29,745 bases of DNA from an uncultured bacterium (lineage in GTDB: Bacteria > Zixibacteria > MSB-5A5 > UBA10806). The notes below the pieces were generated by a model, which made no database searches, had not been told where the DNA came from, and worked only from the letters and a program-made list of their open reading frames with translations. A program made the translations under genes and the position numbers. Location: positions 1-29,745 of the forward strand of contig CBEUCH010000026.1 of assembly GCA_965541585.1 (NCBI GenBank). The letters are read 5' to 3'. Shown here piece by piece: positions 1 through 9,647 of the stretch; the first letter of the stretch is position 1; every line of letters begins with the position of its first letter.

Positions 1-900
1 GACTATACATTCGAGAAGATCGATGAGGAGCTTGAAACCGGACAGGCTTATTACTATCGTTTGAGCCATGTTGACGCGAATACCGCCTGGTATTCGGATA
101 TCGCCGGTCCGGTTTACCCCATCGAGAACTGGTATAATACTAAGAGAACCAATGTGTTGATCGGCATAATTATAACCGCCGTGGTCGTGGGATGGTTTAT
201 CTATCTGGGCAGGAAAGGGAAGAGCCTCTACCTCAGGCCGATAGCGGGTCTGCTGGCGATGGATGAAGCGCTCGGTCGGGCCACCGAGATGGGAAAGCCA
301 ATATTATATTCATCCGGCAGAGGCAAGATGGAGCGACCGGCATCGATCGCAAGTATGAATATCTTCGGTTCGGTGGCGGAGAAGGTGGCTTCCTTTGGAA
401 CACCGCTTATCTTTCCAAATAACGACCCAGTGGTGACCGCAGTGGCACAGGAAGTCGCCCGGGAAGGCTACACCAAGGCCGGGCATCCCGATCTGTACAA
501 TCCCGAAAACATATATTTCGTGACCGATAGCCAGTTCGGGTATGCTGCGGCTGTGGACGGTATCATGATGAGAGAGAAACCGGCCACCAACCTCTTCTTC
601 GGTACATTCGAGGCGGAGTCGCTGATCCTGGCCGAGACCGGAAACTCCATCGGCGCTATCCAGATTGCCGGCACCGATTCATCCATACAGATGGCCTTTT
701 TCATAGTCGCCTGCGATTACGTTCTTATAGGGGAGGAGCTGTTTGCGGCGTCCGGCTATTTATCGGGCGATCCACAGGTGATCGGTTCACTCAAAGGCTC
801 CGATTATCTAAAAATCATTGTCATTTTGATACTGGTGCTCGGGGCGGTGCTGGCAATAATGAATCAGGAATGGTTCATCAACCTCTTCGTAACGGTTTAG
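1..900 (+). CDS. Membrane protein, DUF6754-like domain preceded by an extracellular (FN3-like) segment; 5'-partial
   Basis: Frame 1 is open from base 1 (DYTFEKIDEELETGQAYYYRL...), so the real start is upstream of the window, not the TTG at 61. It has one TM helix, then LRPIAGL...RATEMGKP...QFGYAAAV...AESLILAETG...IGEELFAASGYL, then a C-terminal TM. Family assignment is from recall of the motif pattern. Confidence 0.75.
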   Translation, partial: DYTFEKIDEELETGQAYYYRLSHVDANTAWYSDIAGPVYPIENWYNTKRTNVLIGIIITAVVVGWFIYLGRKGKSLYLRPIAGLLAMDEALGRATEMGKPILYSSGRGKMERPASIASMNIFGSVAEKVASFGTPLIFPNNDPVVTAVAQEVAREGYTKAGHPDLYNPENIYFVTDSQFGYAAAVDGIMMREKPATNLFFGTFEAESLILAETGNSIGAIQIAGTDSSIQMAFFIVACDYVLIGEELFAASGYLSGDPQVIGSLKGSDYLKIIVILILVLGAVLAIMNQEWFINLFVTV

Positions 901-901
901 A

Positions 902-1519
902 ATGAGACGGTCTTTTCCAATACTGGTCTGCTTCTCCTTCGGCATGGCCATGCTGGTTCAATTCTTTATACCCTCGAAACTCTCGACCAATGCCTATAAT
1001 GAAATAACCGACTGGGCCCAGATCATATACGCTTTTGCTCTTATGGTGGGTGTATTCGGGCTGATCAGATATCATTTGAAAAGGGTCTCGCGGCGCGAGG
1101 AAGGCTGGTTCTATAACCTGCTGACAGTGGTTTCGCTGGCGGTTATGGCTTTGTTCGGATTTGCCCTGGGTCGCGGAGACGGCAGTCCGTTTATGTGGAT
1201 TTTCAATTATATGCAGGCACCCATGCAGGCGTCTGTTTTCTCCCTGTTGGCATTTTTCGTAGCCTCAGCGGCTTATCGCGGTTTTCAGGCCAGGAATACA
1301 GAGGCTTTGCTTCTTCTGCTTTCCACGGTGTTTATCATGTTCGGGATTGCATCGGTGGGCAACTCTATCCCGCCCTTCTCCGATATCGCCAACTGGATCC
1401 TGATGAACCCGTCGATGACGGCCAGGCGCGGTATATTTATCGGGATCGGGCTTGGTACCATAGCCACTGCGCTCCGCGTAATTCTGGGAATCGAACGAAC
1501 GTACCTGGGGAAGGAATAA
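902..1519 (+). CDS. Polytopic membrane protein of the DUF6754-associated cluster
   Basis: About 6 hydrophobic segments; motifs FSLLAFFVASAAYRGF and RGIFIGIGLG...LRVILGIER; starts 1 nt after the upstream stop. Confidence 0.75.
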   Translation: MRRSFPILVCFSFGMAMLVQFFIPSKLSTNAYNEITDWAQIIYAFALMVGVFGLIRYHLKRVSRREEGWFYNLLTVVSLAVMALFGFALGRGDGSPFMWIFNYMQAPMQASVFSLLAFFVASAAYRGFQARNTEALLLLLSTVFIMFGIASVGNSIPPFSDIANWILMNPSMTARRGIFIGIGLGTIATALRVILGIERTYLGKE

Positions 1520-1522
1520 GAA

Positions 1523-2344
1523 ATGAATTTCTGGGATAGAGTTCGTCATTTAGACAGAAGGATAATATACGTCCTGATGCTATTGGGTGTGGGGCTACCG
1601 CTCCTGACGGAAATCGGACTTCCGGTGCGTGTTACCCAGGACGTCCGGAATGTGTATGAGTTTATTGAAAATTTGAATCCGGGGGATGCGCTTTTAATAT
1701 CCTATGACCATGATACCGGTACTCTGCCGGAGATGGTTCCCATGTCCGATGCCATATTAAGACACGCATTCTCAAAGGATTTAAGGCTGGTGGGGATGGC
1801 GTTACGGGCCGAGGGGACTGCAATCGGGAGGCAGGCTTTCAGGCGGATCGGAAAGGAGTTCGGCAAGGAGGAGGGTGCCGATTACGTCTTCCTGGGTTTC
1901 CGTCCTGAGATCACTGCAGCTATTCTCGGCCTGGGGACGTCGTTTGAGCGTGTTTTTCCCAAGGACGACAGAGGCATCCCGGTCGGCGAGCTGGAATTGA
2001 TGCGAGATATCCGCAATTACAATAGTATCGCCCTGGTTATATCAATTTCCGACGATGATACCCCGGTTTACTGGGTCAATTATGCCAATGCGAGGTTTCA
2101 GGCCAGGATCGTGCCGGCCGTTACGGCGGTCATGGCCACCACGTTTTTTCCTTTTATCGATTCCCATCAGGTGGTCGGGATGGTTGCCGGTTTGAAAGGC
2201 GCTGCCGAATACGAGAAGCTGATAGAGAAGCCCGGGCGAGCGGCCCGCGGTATGGATGCGCAATCCATCGCTCACCTGGTGATGATAGGATTTATCATCG
2301 TCGGTAACCTCGCATATTTTCTGGGAAGAGAAAGGAAACGGTAG
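1523..2344 (+). CDS. Membrane-anchored alpha/beta protein, probable distant paralog of the first gene
   Basis: N- and C-terminal TM helices flank a soluble domain (DYVFLGF; GMVAGLKGAAEYEKL; GMDAQSIAHL). Tightly packed in the operon. Confidence 0.7.
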   Translation: MNFWDRVRHLDRRIIYVLMLLGVGLPLLTEIGLPVRVTQDVRNVYEFIENLNPGDALLISYDHDTGTLPEMVPMSDAILRHAFSKDLRLVGMALRAEGTAIGRQAFRRIGKEFGKEEGADYVFLGFRPEITAAILGLGTSFERVFPKDDRGIPVGELELMRDIRNYNSIALVISISDDDTPVYWVNYANARFQARIVPAVTAVMATTFFPFIDSHQVVGMVAGLKGAAEYEKLIEKPGRAARGMDAQSIAHLVMIGFIIVGNLAYFLGRERKR

Positions 2345-2345
2345 A

Positions 2346-3044
2346 TTGGATCTGGAATTTATATATAACTACCTTATTGCCAGCGAGCGTCTCGGTATCT
2401 GGATCGCGGCTTTGCTGACTCTTGCCATTTATTCTTTCCTGTATAGAGATAACCCTGTCTACCGATTTGCGGAGAGTCTTCTTATAGGTATATCGGTTGG
2501 TTTTCTACTGGTCACGGCTTTCGAGACGACTATAATGCCGAAAGCGCTCGAACCGGTTGGAAACAGCTTTAAGCAGATCGTTGTATCGGGCCAGTTCGCC
2601 GCCATCGGGACTTTTCTCTGGCTGTTGGTGCCGGTAGCGCTGGGGCTTTTGATGTTCGCCCGCTTTGTACCCCGGTATGCCTGGACGTCGAGAATCGCGC
2701 TGGCATTATATATCGGGTTCGGAGCCGGAGCGTCCATTCCGGCAAATATGCAATCGTATATTTTAAGGCAGATCGAGGCTACTATACGTTCGTTCATGAT
2801 GATTGACGGCATCGGCAGCGCTATAAACGCAGTCGTCATACTCGTGGGGCTGATTTCAACTTTGCTCTATTTCTATTTTTCCAAAGCGCATACCGGCGCA
2901 TTCGGGAACGTCGCCCGCCTGGGGACGTTTTACCTGATGATATTCTTCGGGGCCACATTTGGATACACGGTCATGGCGCGTATCTCTCTTCTCATCGGGC
3001 GCTTGACTTTTCTCATGAAAGACTGGCTGGGATTGATATCATAG
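2346..3044 (+). CDS. Polytopic membrane protein of the same cluster (TTG start)
   Basis: About 6 TM segments; SFLYRDNPVYRFAE and FFGATFGYTVMARISLLIGR motifs; 1 nt after the previous stop. Confidence 0.75.
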   Translation: MDLEFIYNYLIASERLGIWIAALLTLAIYSFLYRDNPVYRFAESLLIGISVGFLLVTAFETTIMPKALEPVGNSFKQIVVSGQFAAIGTFLWLLVPVALGLLMFARFVPRYAWTSRIALALYIGFGAGASIPANMQSYILRQIEATIRSFMMIDGIGSAINAVVILVGLISTLLYFYFSKAHTGAFGNVARLGTFYLMIFFGATFGYTVMARISLLIGRLTFLMKDWLGLIS

Positions 3045-3098
3045 AAAAACCAGAGATTTGTCTTTTTAAGATAGGATTAAATATATCGGGGGAGTGTT

Positions 3099-4850
3099 AT
3101 GAAGGAATTTTCGGCGATAGCGATATCGATGATTTTAGTGGCATCCTGCGGAAAAGTTGATGTGAAAAGCTGGCAGCGGGTTAATCTCCCCGAGGGCTAC
3201 AGCGATTCTCATATACTCAGTATAGATACCAGGGATGATGCCATCCTTCTCGGAACCTACGGGCGGGGAGCGCTGTTCAGCCGGGATAATGGTGCCAACT
3301 GGGTAGTTTACGATACATCGAACGGCCTTTCCTGGAATTTTATCCTGGGAGGCGATTGGCAAGGGGATTATCTGATCCTGGCCACTCTCGGCGACGGATT
3401 GAATATCTCCAGGGATGACGGCAGTACCTGGGATCGTTACGGTTACAACTTTTTCGGTATAGAATACCTCTATACGGTTGGCGCGAAAATCTCTAACGGG
3501 ACGAAATATGTCCCCACCGCCGACGGCCTGGTCGTTTTCGACAGCATTGCCGACTGGCGGGCTATAACCGAAAACTACGGGACAGCGTATCAATATTTTT
3601 ATGATATGAAAGTCGACGGCGATACCATAATTTTGGGAACGTTGCACGGAATGTTCGTTTCCCCCGATGATGGGAAAAAATGGTCCATTTACTGGCCGTA
3701 TGGGAAAAAGTACAAATCTAAACGGGCATTATGCAAAGTACGTGCGGTGGAATCCAAGGGGCAGGAACTGTTCGCCGGTTGCGATGACGGCCTATACCAC
3801 TCGCCCGATAACGGCGAAACATGGAATCGTTTAGGAAAGGATATTTTGTCGAGCCAGTATATTCACGATCTCGCAATCGATAGCGACAACAACCTCTGGG
3901 TGGCGACATATAAGGAGATAGCGTCATACAACCTCGGTTTTCACGGCTGGAAAACTTACGATATTTCAAATGGTCTGCCTCAAGGAAGCATCAACTGCCT
4001 GGGGATTACGGCGGCCGGGGAAATACTGGCCGGCACTCATCACGGGCTGTTCAAACTCGGAAAGGGGAGGCCTGTACCTCTTGTAGTAAGGACGGTAGAT
4101 GCCGAGTTTACGGAAGCCGAAGGACCAGCTCATCAATGGATGCTACGCCCCGTGAGGCCCGAGGATCAAAACCTAAAAGACCAGACATATCTTTATGGTT
4201 CCACCATGGGCGGAAACTTCCGTCAACACCAGGGGAACGAATACAACGCCCCGGAGGGGACCCGCCTCTTGGCGGTGGATGACGGGATAATCGTCTACAT
4301 CAATAAAGAAATCGGCCACTCTGTATTAAAATGCGACCGTAAAGAGGGAGAGTTCTTCGTATACGCCCATTATCATCATCAAAACCAGATCATACGGAAA
4401 ATCGGAGAACGGGTTAAGAAGGGCGTCTGGATAGGCTCGATCGGTAAAAAGGGCAACGTCACTAACGAGCATCTACATTTCGAGGTTTCGTTATCCACGG
4501 TTGACGATTCCAACAAGGAAAGCCATACCCGAAATCCGGAATTGTGGGTGGTGCCTCTTCCCGGAACCGGAACCATTGTCGGTATCCTGACTGATTCCGA
4601 CGGCAATCCTGTTCCCGGCGCCAGGATCTATGGCGTCACCAAACCGATTCCCACCGAATCCCCGTTCTCTTTTGCCGAGACATATATGGATAAGGTCCAC
4701 CCGGACGAATCCTACAACGAGAATTTCGTAATAGGCGATGTCCCCGAAGGAGAGTATATCCTTCATTCGACCGTCGACGGGAAGAGTTCGATAGTCGATG
4801 TGCATGTTCGAGCCGGGCAGATCACCCGGGTGAAGATGGGATTAAGATAA
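3099..4850 (+). CDS. Lipoprotein: Asp-box beta-propeller + M23-family metallopeptidase + C-terminal carboxypeptidase-regulatory-like Ig domain
   Basis: Lipobox LVASC; four Asp-boxes (SRDNGANW, SRDDGSTW, SPDDGKKW, SPDNGETW); M23 motifs HQGNEY-APEGT, IGKKGNVT, HLHFEV, RNPE; then GTIVGILTDSDGNPVPGARI. RBS GGGGAG upstream. Confidence 0.8.
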   Translation: MKEFSAIAISMILVASCGKVDVKSWQRVNLPEGYSDSHILSIDTRDDAILLGTYGRGALFSRDNGANWVVYDTSNGLSWNFILGGDWQGDYLILATLGDGLNISRDDGSTWDRYGYNFFGIEYLYTVGAKISNGTKYVPTADGLVVFDSIADWRAITENYGTAYQYFYDMKVDGDTIILGTLHGMFVSPDDGKKWSIYWPYGKKYKSKRALCKVRAVESKGQELFAGCDDGLYHSPDNGETWNRLGKDILSSQYIHDLAIDSDNNLWVATYKEIASYNLGFHGWKTYDISNGLPQGSINCLGITAAGEILAGTHHGLFKLGKGRPVPLVVRTVDAEFTEAEGPAHQWMLRPVRPEDQNLKDQTYLYGSTMGGNFRQHQGNEYNAPEGTRLLAVDDGIIVYINKEIGHSVLKCDRKEGEFFVYAHYHHQNQIIRKIGERVKKGVWIGSIGKKGNVTNEHLHFEVSLSTVDDSNKESHTRNPELWVVPLPGTGTIVGILTDSDGNPVPGARIYGVTKPIPTESPFSFAETYMDKVHPDESYNENFVIGDVPEGEYILHSTVDGKSSIVDVHVRAGQITRVKMGLR

Positions 4851-5033
4851 AACTGTTTCGACCTCAGGGAGCGCAGATTGATAGGGGATTAATTTATGTG
4901 TCTACTGAGGGTGAGTGAATGGACTTCGGGATTAACTTCAGGTCCATTTATTCGTCCTCAGAATCTGCCCACCTCGCACAATCCGCGTTTAGACAAATCT
5001 CTTAAGCCTATTCCATTTCAACCCGCAAAAAGC

Positions 5034-5062
5034 TTGCATTCTTATCCAAAAGACTCTAAATT
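5034..5062 (+). promoter_or_regulatory. Putative sigma-70 promoter
   Basis: TTGCAT (5034-5039), 17 nt, TAAATT (5057-5062), upstream of the 5150 gene. Confidence 0.45.
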
Positions 5063-5149
5063 ATAGTACAGTTCTATTCCCTCCCTCGGGATTTATGCAG
5101 CAATATTTGATGGCTCGTGCTATCAGATGAATGTGCGGAGGCTATTAAC

Positions 5150-5974
5150 ATGCGAAACATGCTAAAAAGTGTCGTAACAATCACAGCGGTTGTTATGGCA
5201 ATTTCCCCGGCCGGACTCTACGCACAATCGATCTGGAATGATCGGGGAGGTCTAAATTCGGTGACACTGGAATTATCAAAACCGAAATTCGAAAGCAGCA
5301 GATTTTCCGGACTGGCCGCATTCCTGACATTGCAAATGGCGCTAACGGATCGAACTCTTTTCGTTGTCGAATTGCCATATGCCCACAGTCGCAGCGAGTA
5401 TTATAACGAATCTGGAAGATCTGATAACGCCATAGGGAATATTTATCTCGGAGTCGAGATTCGGCCGGAAGACTCACCAAGGAGCGGGGAATTCGGGATC
5501 CGCCTGCCGACAGCATCAAGAGATGATTACTCCGCCAATTATGCCGGCATAGTGGCCGACCATGACCGGCTCGAGGCGTTTCTCGCAGATTGGTTGATTA
5601 TAAATGCAAGATATATTTATCGCCCGCAATATAAAGATGGCTTTGCCACGCGGTTTCACTTAGGGCCCTCAATTCTGGTATACACCGGAGAAGGAGATCG
5701 CGCTAGCTCTAGCGAGGTATATCTTCATTATTCTGTTCAGCCCTGGTTCAAAGCCGAAAAGACAAGCTTCGGTGCGGGTTTTTCGGGAGTGATGCTGCTT
5801 ACAGGTGGCAATCCCTTTTCAGGCAAAAACACGGAAATCCAGATCGGATTGGCAGTAGTCTATGACGCCGGCCGAGTAAGGCCCGGCGTGAACCTCCGCT
5901 TGCCCGTCAGCGACTACCTGGATGATTCACTGGATTTCGTTTACAGCTTCAGCCTGCAAATGCAGTTCAAATGA
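5150..5974 (+). CDS. Putative outer-membrane beta-barrel protein
   Basis: ATG at 5150 has a GGAGG RBS, a better start than GTG 5117. Signal peptide ends LYA-Q; amphipathic beta-strands; GNIYLG...RLPTA pattern; C-terminal YSFSLQMQFK. Confidence 0.65.
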   Translation: MRNMLKSVVTITAVVMAISPAGLYAQSIWNDRGGLNSVTLELSKPKFESSRFSGLAAFLTLQMALTDRTLFVVELPYAHSRSEYYNESGRSDNAIGNIYLGVEIRPEDSPRSGEFGIRLPTASRDDYSANYAGIVADHDRLEAFLADWLIINARYIYRPQYKDGFATRFHLGPSILVYTGEGDRASSSEVYLHYSVQPWFKAEKTSFGAGFSGVMLLTGGNPFSGKNTEIQIGLAVVYDAGRVRPGVNLRLPVSDYLDDSLDFVYSFSLQMQFK

Positions 5975-5989
5975 GACGAGCCGGTTAAC

Positions 5990-6601
5990 ATGAATAAACA
6001 GACTAAACAACAAAGTGAGAGAATCACCATGAGAATATCAAGAATGATGTTTTTGGTTTTGCCCGGTGCGTTTTTGCTGTCGCTTTCTACAGCGGGTCAG
6101 TCTCAGGAGACTGGATACGATAGCCTGAATTTCCAGATCAAGTCAGAAAATACTGCCTTGCTTTACTCCGGTCTCGGTACTCTCACGCCTGTCGGTCTCG
6201 GCTTAGCAGTCTCTGATGGCTCGGTGTTTAAGGTAGCTGCGACCGGAATCATAGTGGGGCCCTCGCTAGGGTATTTCTATGGAGGGGAGCCTGGCCGTGG
6301 TCTGAGGGGCATCACGATTAGACTTGGAGTAGCGGCTGGCTCTTTTCTTGTAGGCAATGCTATGGGCTTGGAAATAAACCTCTTCGGAGGATCAGGTGCT
6401 GACGATGACGGCTGGCCAGTAGTATTTGTGGGAGCACTCTTTGTCCTGAGCCACGGTATTTACGACATAGCCAGAGTCAGAGGTGTTGTCAGAGAGAATA
6501 ATCTTGAAATTATTCGCCGGAACCAGGCATCCGTTATCGTGATGCCCAAATATTTCGCTGATTCGGGGGCAGGCGGGCTTGAGTTGCGGGTGGCATTCTA
6601 G
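5990..6601 (+). CDS. Hypothetical exported/membrane protein with glycine-rich helices
   Basis: Signal peptide, GPSLGYFY, Gly-rich hydrophobic segments, C-terminal GGLELRVAF. The true start could be a downstream Met. Confidence 0.6.
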   Translation: MNKQTKQQSERITMRISRMMFLVLPGAFLLSLSTAGQSQETGYDSLNFQIKSENTALLYSGLGTLTPVGLGLAVSDGSVFKVAATGIIVGPSLGYFYGGEPGRGLRGITIRLGVAAGSFLVGNAMGLEINLFGGSGADDDGWPVVFVGALFVLSHGIYDIARVRGVVRENNLEIIRRNQASVIVMPKYFADSGAGGLELRVAF

Positions 6602-6687
6602 TGGATGACAGGGAGGGGATATGAGAAGCAGAAATAGCAGCAAGCAAAAGGGGTCACTAAAACCACATCATTCTTCGTCAATAAACG

Positions 6688-6716
6688 TTGCCATCTCATC
6701 CCGAATCATCTATATT
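6688..6716 (+). promoter_or_regulatory. Putative sigma-70 promoter
   Basis: TTGCCA (6688-6693), 17 nt, TATATT (6711-6716). Confidence 0.5.
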
Positions 6717-6832
6717 GAAAACACAGTTCGATTTTTCCTCCCGGGGTAAGCGCAAATCGAAACCAAGAGTGAATCTAAACGTTTATTCATCCGCTGCCTG
6801 AATAGGCTTGCGGAATAGATTAACCGGAAACT

Positions 6833-7330
6833 ATGGAGGAGAAAATGAGATTGTGGATTATGCTGCTGGCGACCTTAATGGCAGTGAATTGTGACAAGGA
6901 CAAGGCCACAACACCCGAACCTCAGAGGCTGGTTTTTTCTGATTATGACGGCCCCGATGCAATAGTTGATTTGGGAGACGGCCCGCTGGACGCAATCATT
7001 GAAGGCAATCTGACCAACATAGACACCTCGCTTTTCAACGATAACTATCGAGATCAATATACGATAACTTTGTCCACAAACGGCGATATTCTCCTTTTCG
7101 TGCAAAATCATCAGTTCCTGGCGGCACCAGTAAATGTAACTGTTGTAGATCCCAATGGGGGGTTCTCCTGGTATTCAACGTTTGGTATTGACCGAAACAA
7201 CGAACCAATAGAGGCTTCTTATTACGGACAGAGAACCTTAAATATTATCGTGGAGATCCATTCATATTACCGTGGCCCCAATGATCCTGAAATTGACTTC
7301 AAGTATGAGTTGAGGATTATGATTCCATAA
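6833..7330 (+). CDS. Hypothetical lipoprotein
   Basis: MRLWIMLLATLMAVNC lipoprotein-type signal, then DKDKATTPEP linker and a beta-rich domain. GGAGG before the second Met (6845) suggests that is the start. Confidence 0.6.
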   Translation: MEEKMRLWIMLLATLMAVNCDKDKATTPEPQRLVFSDYDGPDAIVDLGDGPLDAIIEGNLTNIDTSLFNDNYRDQYTITLSTNGDILLFVQNHQFLAAPVNVTVVDPNGGFSWYSTFGIDRNNEPIEASYYGQRTLNIIVEIHSYYRGPNDPEIDFKYELRIMIP

Positions 7331-7680
7331 TGCCAAAGGTCACCCTTCGCAAACGTGGCATTCTACAGCAAGCCCTAATTCTCCACTTTTGAATTGATTT
7401 TCCGGGGACTTCAGATTAGAATTTGAAGCATGGTCGTAGTCCTTCGCGCACGTGGCAATATCCGATATTTTGAATACCGGTCTTTTGCTGGCCTAAGCGT
7501 CAGGTGCAGTATATCGTCGATATCAAGGGAGTCCTTTTCAACCTTTTCGTCTGTTCATATTTTTGATGTATTGCCGACGATGTAAAAAGAAGATGAAGGA
7601 GCAATCTCGGAGCTTCCACAAGAAACGTAAGTGGATTTGCCCGAATTGCGGGTCTGTCAGGTTTCAGAAAGCCAGGGAAG

Positions 7681-8475
7681 ATGGCAAAGAACGAAAGTAA
7701 AATAGTAATCGGGACCTCCGGCTATTCCTTCGATGACTGGGAGGGAGTTTTTTACCCGACGGGATTGCCGAAGGGGAAGCGGCTCGATTTTTACAAAGAC
7801 CATTTCAATGCGACCGAAATAAACTCTACGTATTATCGCATTCCGCATCCGGCAGTTTTCTATAACATCGCAAAAAAGGTGAGCGATGATTTTGAATTCA
7901 TGGTAAAGACTCACCGGAGTTTTACCCATGACAGGAAGGATATCAAAAGCGAAACCGAGAAATTCAACGAGGCTTTGAAACCGATGGTGGAATCCGGCAA
8001 GCTGCGGGGTTATCTCGCCCAGTTTCCTTACAGTTTCAAATACAGTCCTCAGAATCTTGATTATATCCGGGAAGGGAAAGAATATTTCGGCGAAATACCG
8101 TTATTCGCGGAATTTCGTCATCGAAGCTGGGATCGGCCCGATCTCTTTGAATTTCTCCGCACAAACGGGATAGGCTTTTGCTGCGTGGACGAGCCTGCTC
8201 TCTCCGGACTGTTTCCTCCCTTAGCAGAGGCAACCACGAACACGGGTTATATTAGATTGCATGGCCGAAACGCCGCTAACTGGTGGGGAGGCAAAGGGGA
8301 TCGATACGACTACCTTTATTCAAAGGACGAATTGACGGAATGGAAGAAGAAGATTGACTCTTTGAAATCGCGGACCGATAAGATATATCTGTTTTTTAAT
8401 AACTGTCACCTGGGACAGGCGGTCAGAAATGCCAGGATGTTTAGAGAGCTGCTGCAATTGGAGATGAGTGAGTGA
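7681..8475 (+). CDS. DUF72 (YecE-like) family protein
   Basis: IGTSGYSFDDWEGVFYP, EINSTYYRIP, LAQFPYSF, AEFRHRSW, YIRLHGRN, YDYLYS, FFNN: the canonical DUF72 motifs. Confidence 0.93.
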   Translation: MAKNESKIVIGTSGYSFDDWEGVFYPTGLPKGKRLDFYKDHFNATEINSTYYRIPHPAVFYNIAKKVSDDFEFMVKTHRSFTHDRKDIKSETEKFNEALKPMVESGKLRGYLAQFPYSFKYSPQNLDYIREGKEYFGEIPLFAEFRHRSWDRPDLFEFLRTNGIGFCCVDEPALSGLFPPLAEATTNTGYIRLHGRNAANWWGGKGDRYDYLYSKDELTEWKKKIDSLKSRTDKIYLFFNNCHLGQAVRNARMFRELLQLEMSE

Positions 8476-9365
8476 GAAAATTATCCAAAAGAGTACTCTT
8501 TTACCTGCTGGCCATCTGGGCTGTTTCCGCGGCCTATTCGACGATTGCAAATACAAGAAAGGCGGCCACAATCAGGTTTGAGGAGGAACCAGGTATTCTT
8601 GAGGTGGTCTGGGAGACGATCAGCCCATCATCGGGACCGAGAGTCAAATCCAAATCGGCCATCCTGATCGATCTCGACAGCGGCGAAATTCTGGCCGGGA
8701 AAAACGAGAATAAAATCAGGCCGATCGCCAGCCTCACCAAGCTGATCACGGCCATGGTATTTTTGGAGACGTCACCGGATCTTTCCGTCGTGGAAACTGT
8801 GACCTCCAAAGATAGAAAAGCGGCGGGCAGGACGAGACTGTATGCGGGCGAGAAGTTGACGCTGTATGATCTATTCAACCTGATGCTTATATCATCGGAC
8901 AACGTAGCGGCCAGGGTTCTGGCAAGATCCACGGGATTAGAACTGGACTTGTTTATCGAGAAAATGAACGAACTGGCCTCGGGCCTGAACCTGAAACACA
9001 CTCGATTTACCGATCCCACCGGTCTCGGTACCGGTAATGTTTCAACTGCCGCGGAATTCGCCCGGGTTTTCAAATCCGCGCTGGAATCAGACCTGATAGC
9101 GGAAGCCATTTCCAAAAAGAGCCATACTTATAGAGCGTTGAATAGCGATATGCAGTATATCGCCTATAACACCAACCGGCTACTCTACGGGCGGCATGAT
9201 GTAATCGGAGGGAAAACCGGTCATATCAGGGATTCCGGCTATTGTCTGGCGTTGGGGATCGAAAATGACGACGGCAGAAGGCTCGGCGCGATCCTGCTGG
9301 GGGCTCCTTCCAATAATTATCGTTATCGTGATGCTCACCGGTTGCTGGCTTCTGCATATAATTAG
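8472..9365 (+). CDS. D-alanyl-D-alanine carboxy/endopeptidase, peptidase S11 family
   Basis: SxxK (IASLTK), SxN (SSDN) and KTG (GGKTGH) motifs; N-terminal signal anchor; GTGA overlap with DUF72. Confidence 0.92.
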   Translation: MRKLSKRVLFYLLAIWAVSAAYSTIANTRKAATIRFEEEPGILEVVWETISPSSGPRVKSKSAILIDLDSGEILAGKNENKIRPIASLTKLITAMVFLETSPDLSVVETVTSKDRKAAGRTRLYAGEKLTLYDLFNLMLISSDNVAARVLARSTGLELDLFIEKMNELASGLNLKHTRFTDPTGLGTGNVSTAAEFARVFKSALESDLIAEAISKKSHTYRALNSDMQYIAYNTNRLLYGRHDVIGGKTGHIRDSGYCLALGIENDDGRRLGAILLGAPSNNYRYRDAHRLLASAYN

Positions 9366-9392
9366 GTGAGTTACACGGGTCAATCATCACCC

Positions 9393-9421
9393 TTGACTGG
9401 TGTAATCAACGAACATATATT
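9393..9421 (+). promoter_or_regulatory. Putative sigma-70 promoter of the tRNA pair
   Basis: TTGACT (9393-9398), 17 nt, TATATT (9416-9421). The -35 lies inside an imperfect inverted repeat, TTACACGGGTCAA...TTGACTGGTGTAA (9371-9405). Confidence 0.6.
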
Positions 9422-9474
9422 GATGCGCTGCCGAGATAATATTTTTGCGGAAGCGGTCGATCTTTGCAATAAAT

Positions 9475-9547
9475 GCCGGAGTAGCTCAGTTGGTAGAGCA
9501 GCTGATTTGTAATCAGCCGGTCGGCGGTTCGAGTCCGTTCTCCGGCT
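9475..9547 (+). tRNA. tRNA-Thr (anticodon TGT)
   Basis: Acceptor stem GCCGGAG/CTCCGGC; D-loop AGTTGGTA; anticodon arm GCTGA-TTTGTAA-TCAGC; GGTTCGAGTCC T-arm. CCA is not encoded. Confidence 0.97.
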
Positions 9548-9565
9548 ATTTGATTGACAATGCCG

Positions 9566-9647
9566 GGTGGGGTTCCCGAGTGGTCAAAGGGAACAGACTG
9601 TAAATCTGTCGCCTCAGGCTTCGGAGGTTCGAATCCTCCCCCCACCA
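9566..9647 (+). tRNA. tRNA-Tyr (anticodon GTA)
   Basis: Acceptor stem GGTGGGG/CCCCACC plus discriminator A; anticodon arm ACAGA-CTGTAAA-TCTGT; long variable arm; GGAGG-TTCGAAT-CCTCC T-arm. CCA is not encoded. Confidence 0.97.

Noticed and set aside
7331..7680. Possible small gene or pseudogene remnant in the 350-nt gap
   Set aside because: Only short open frames with no recognisable similarity.
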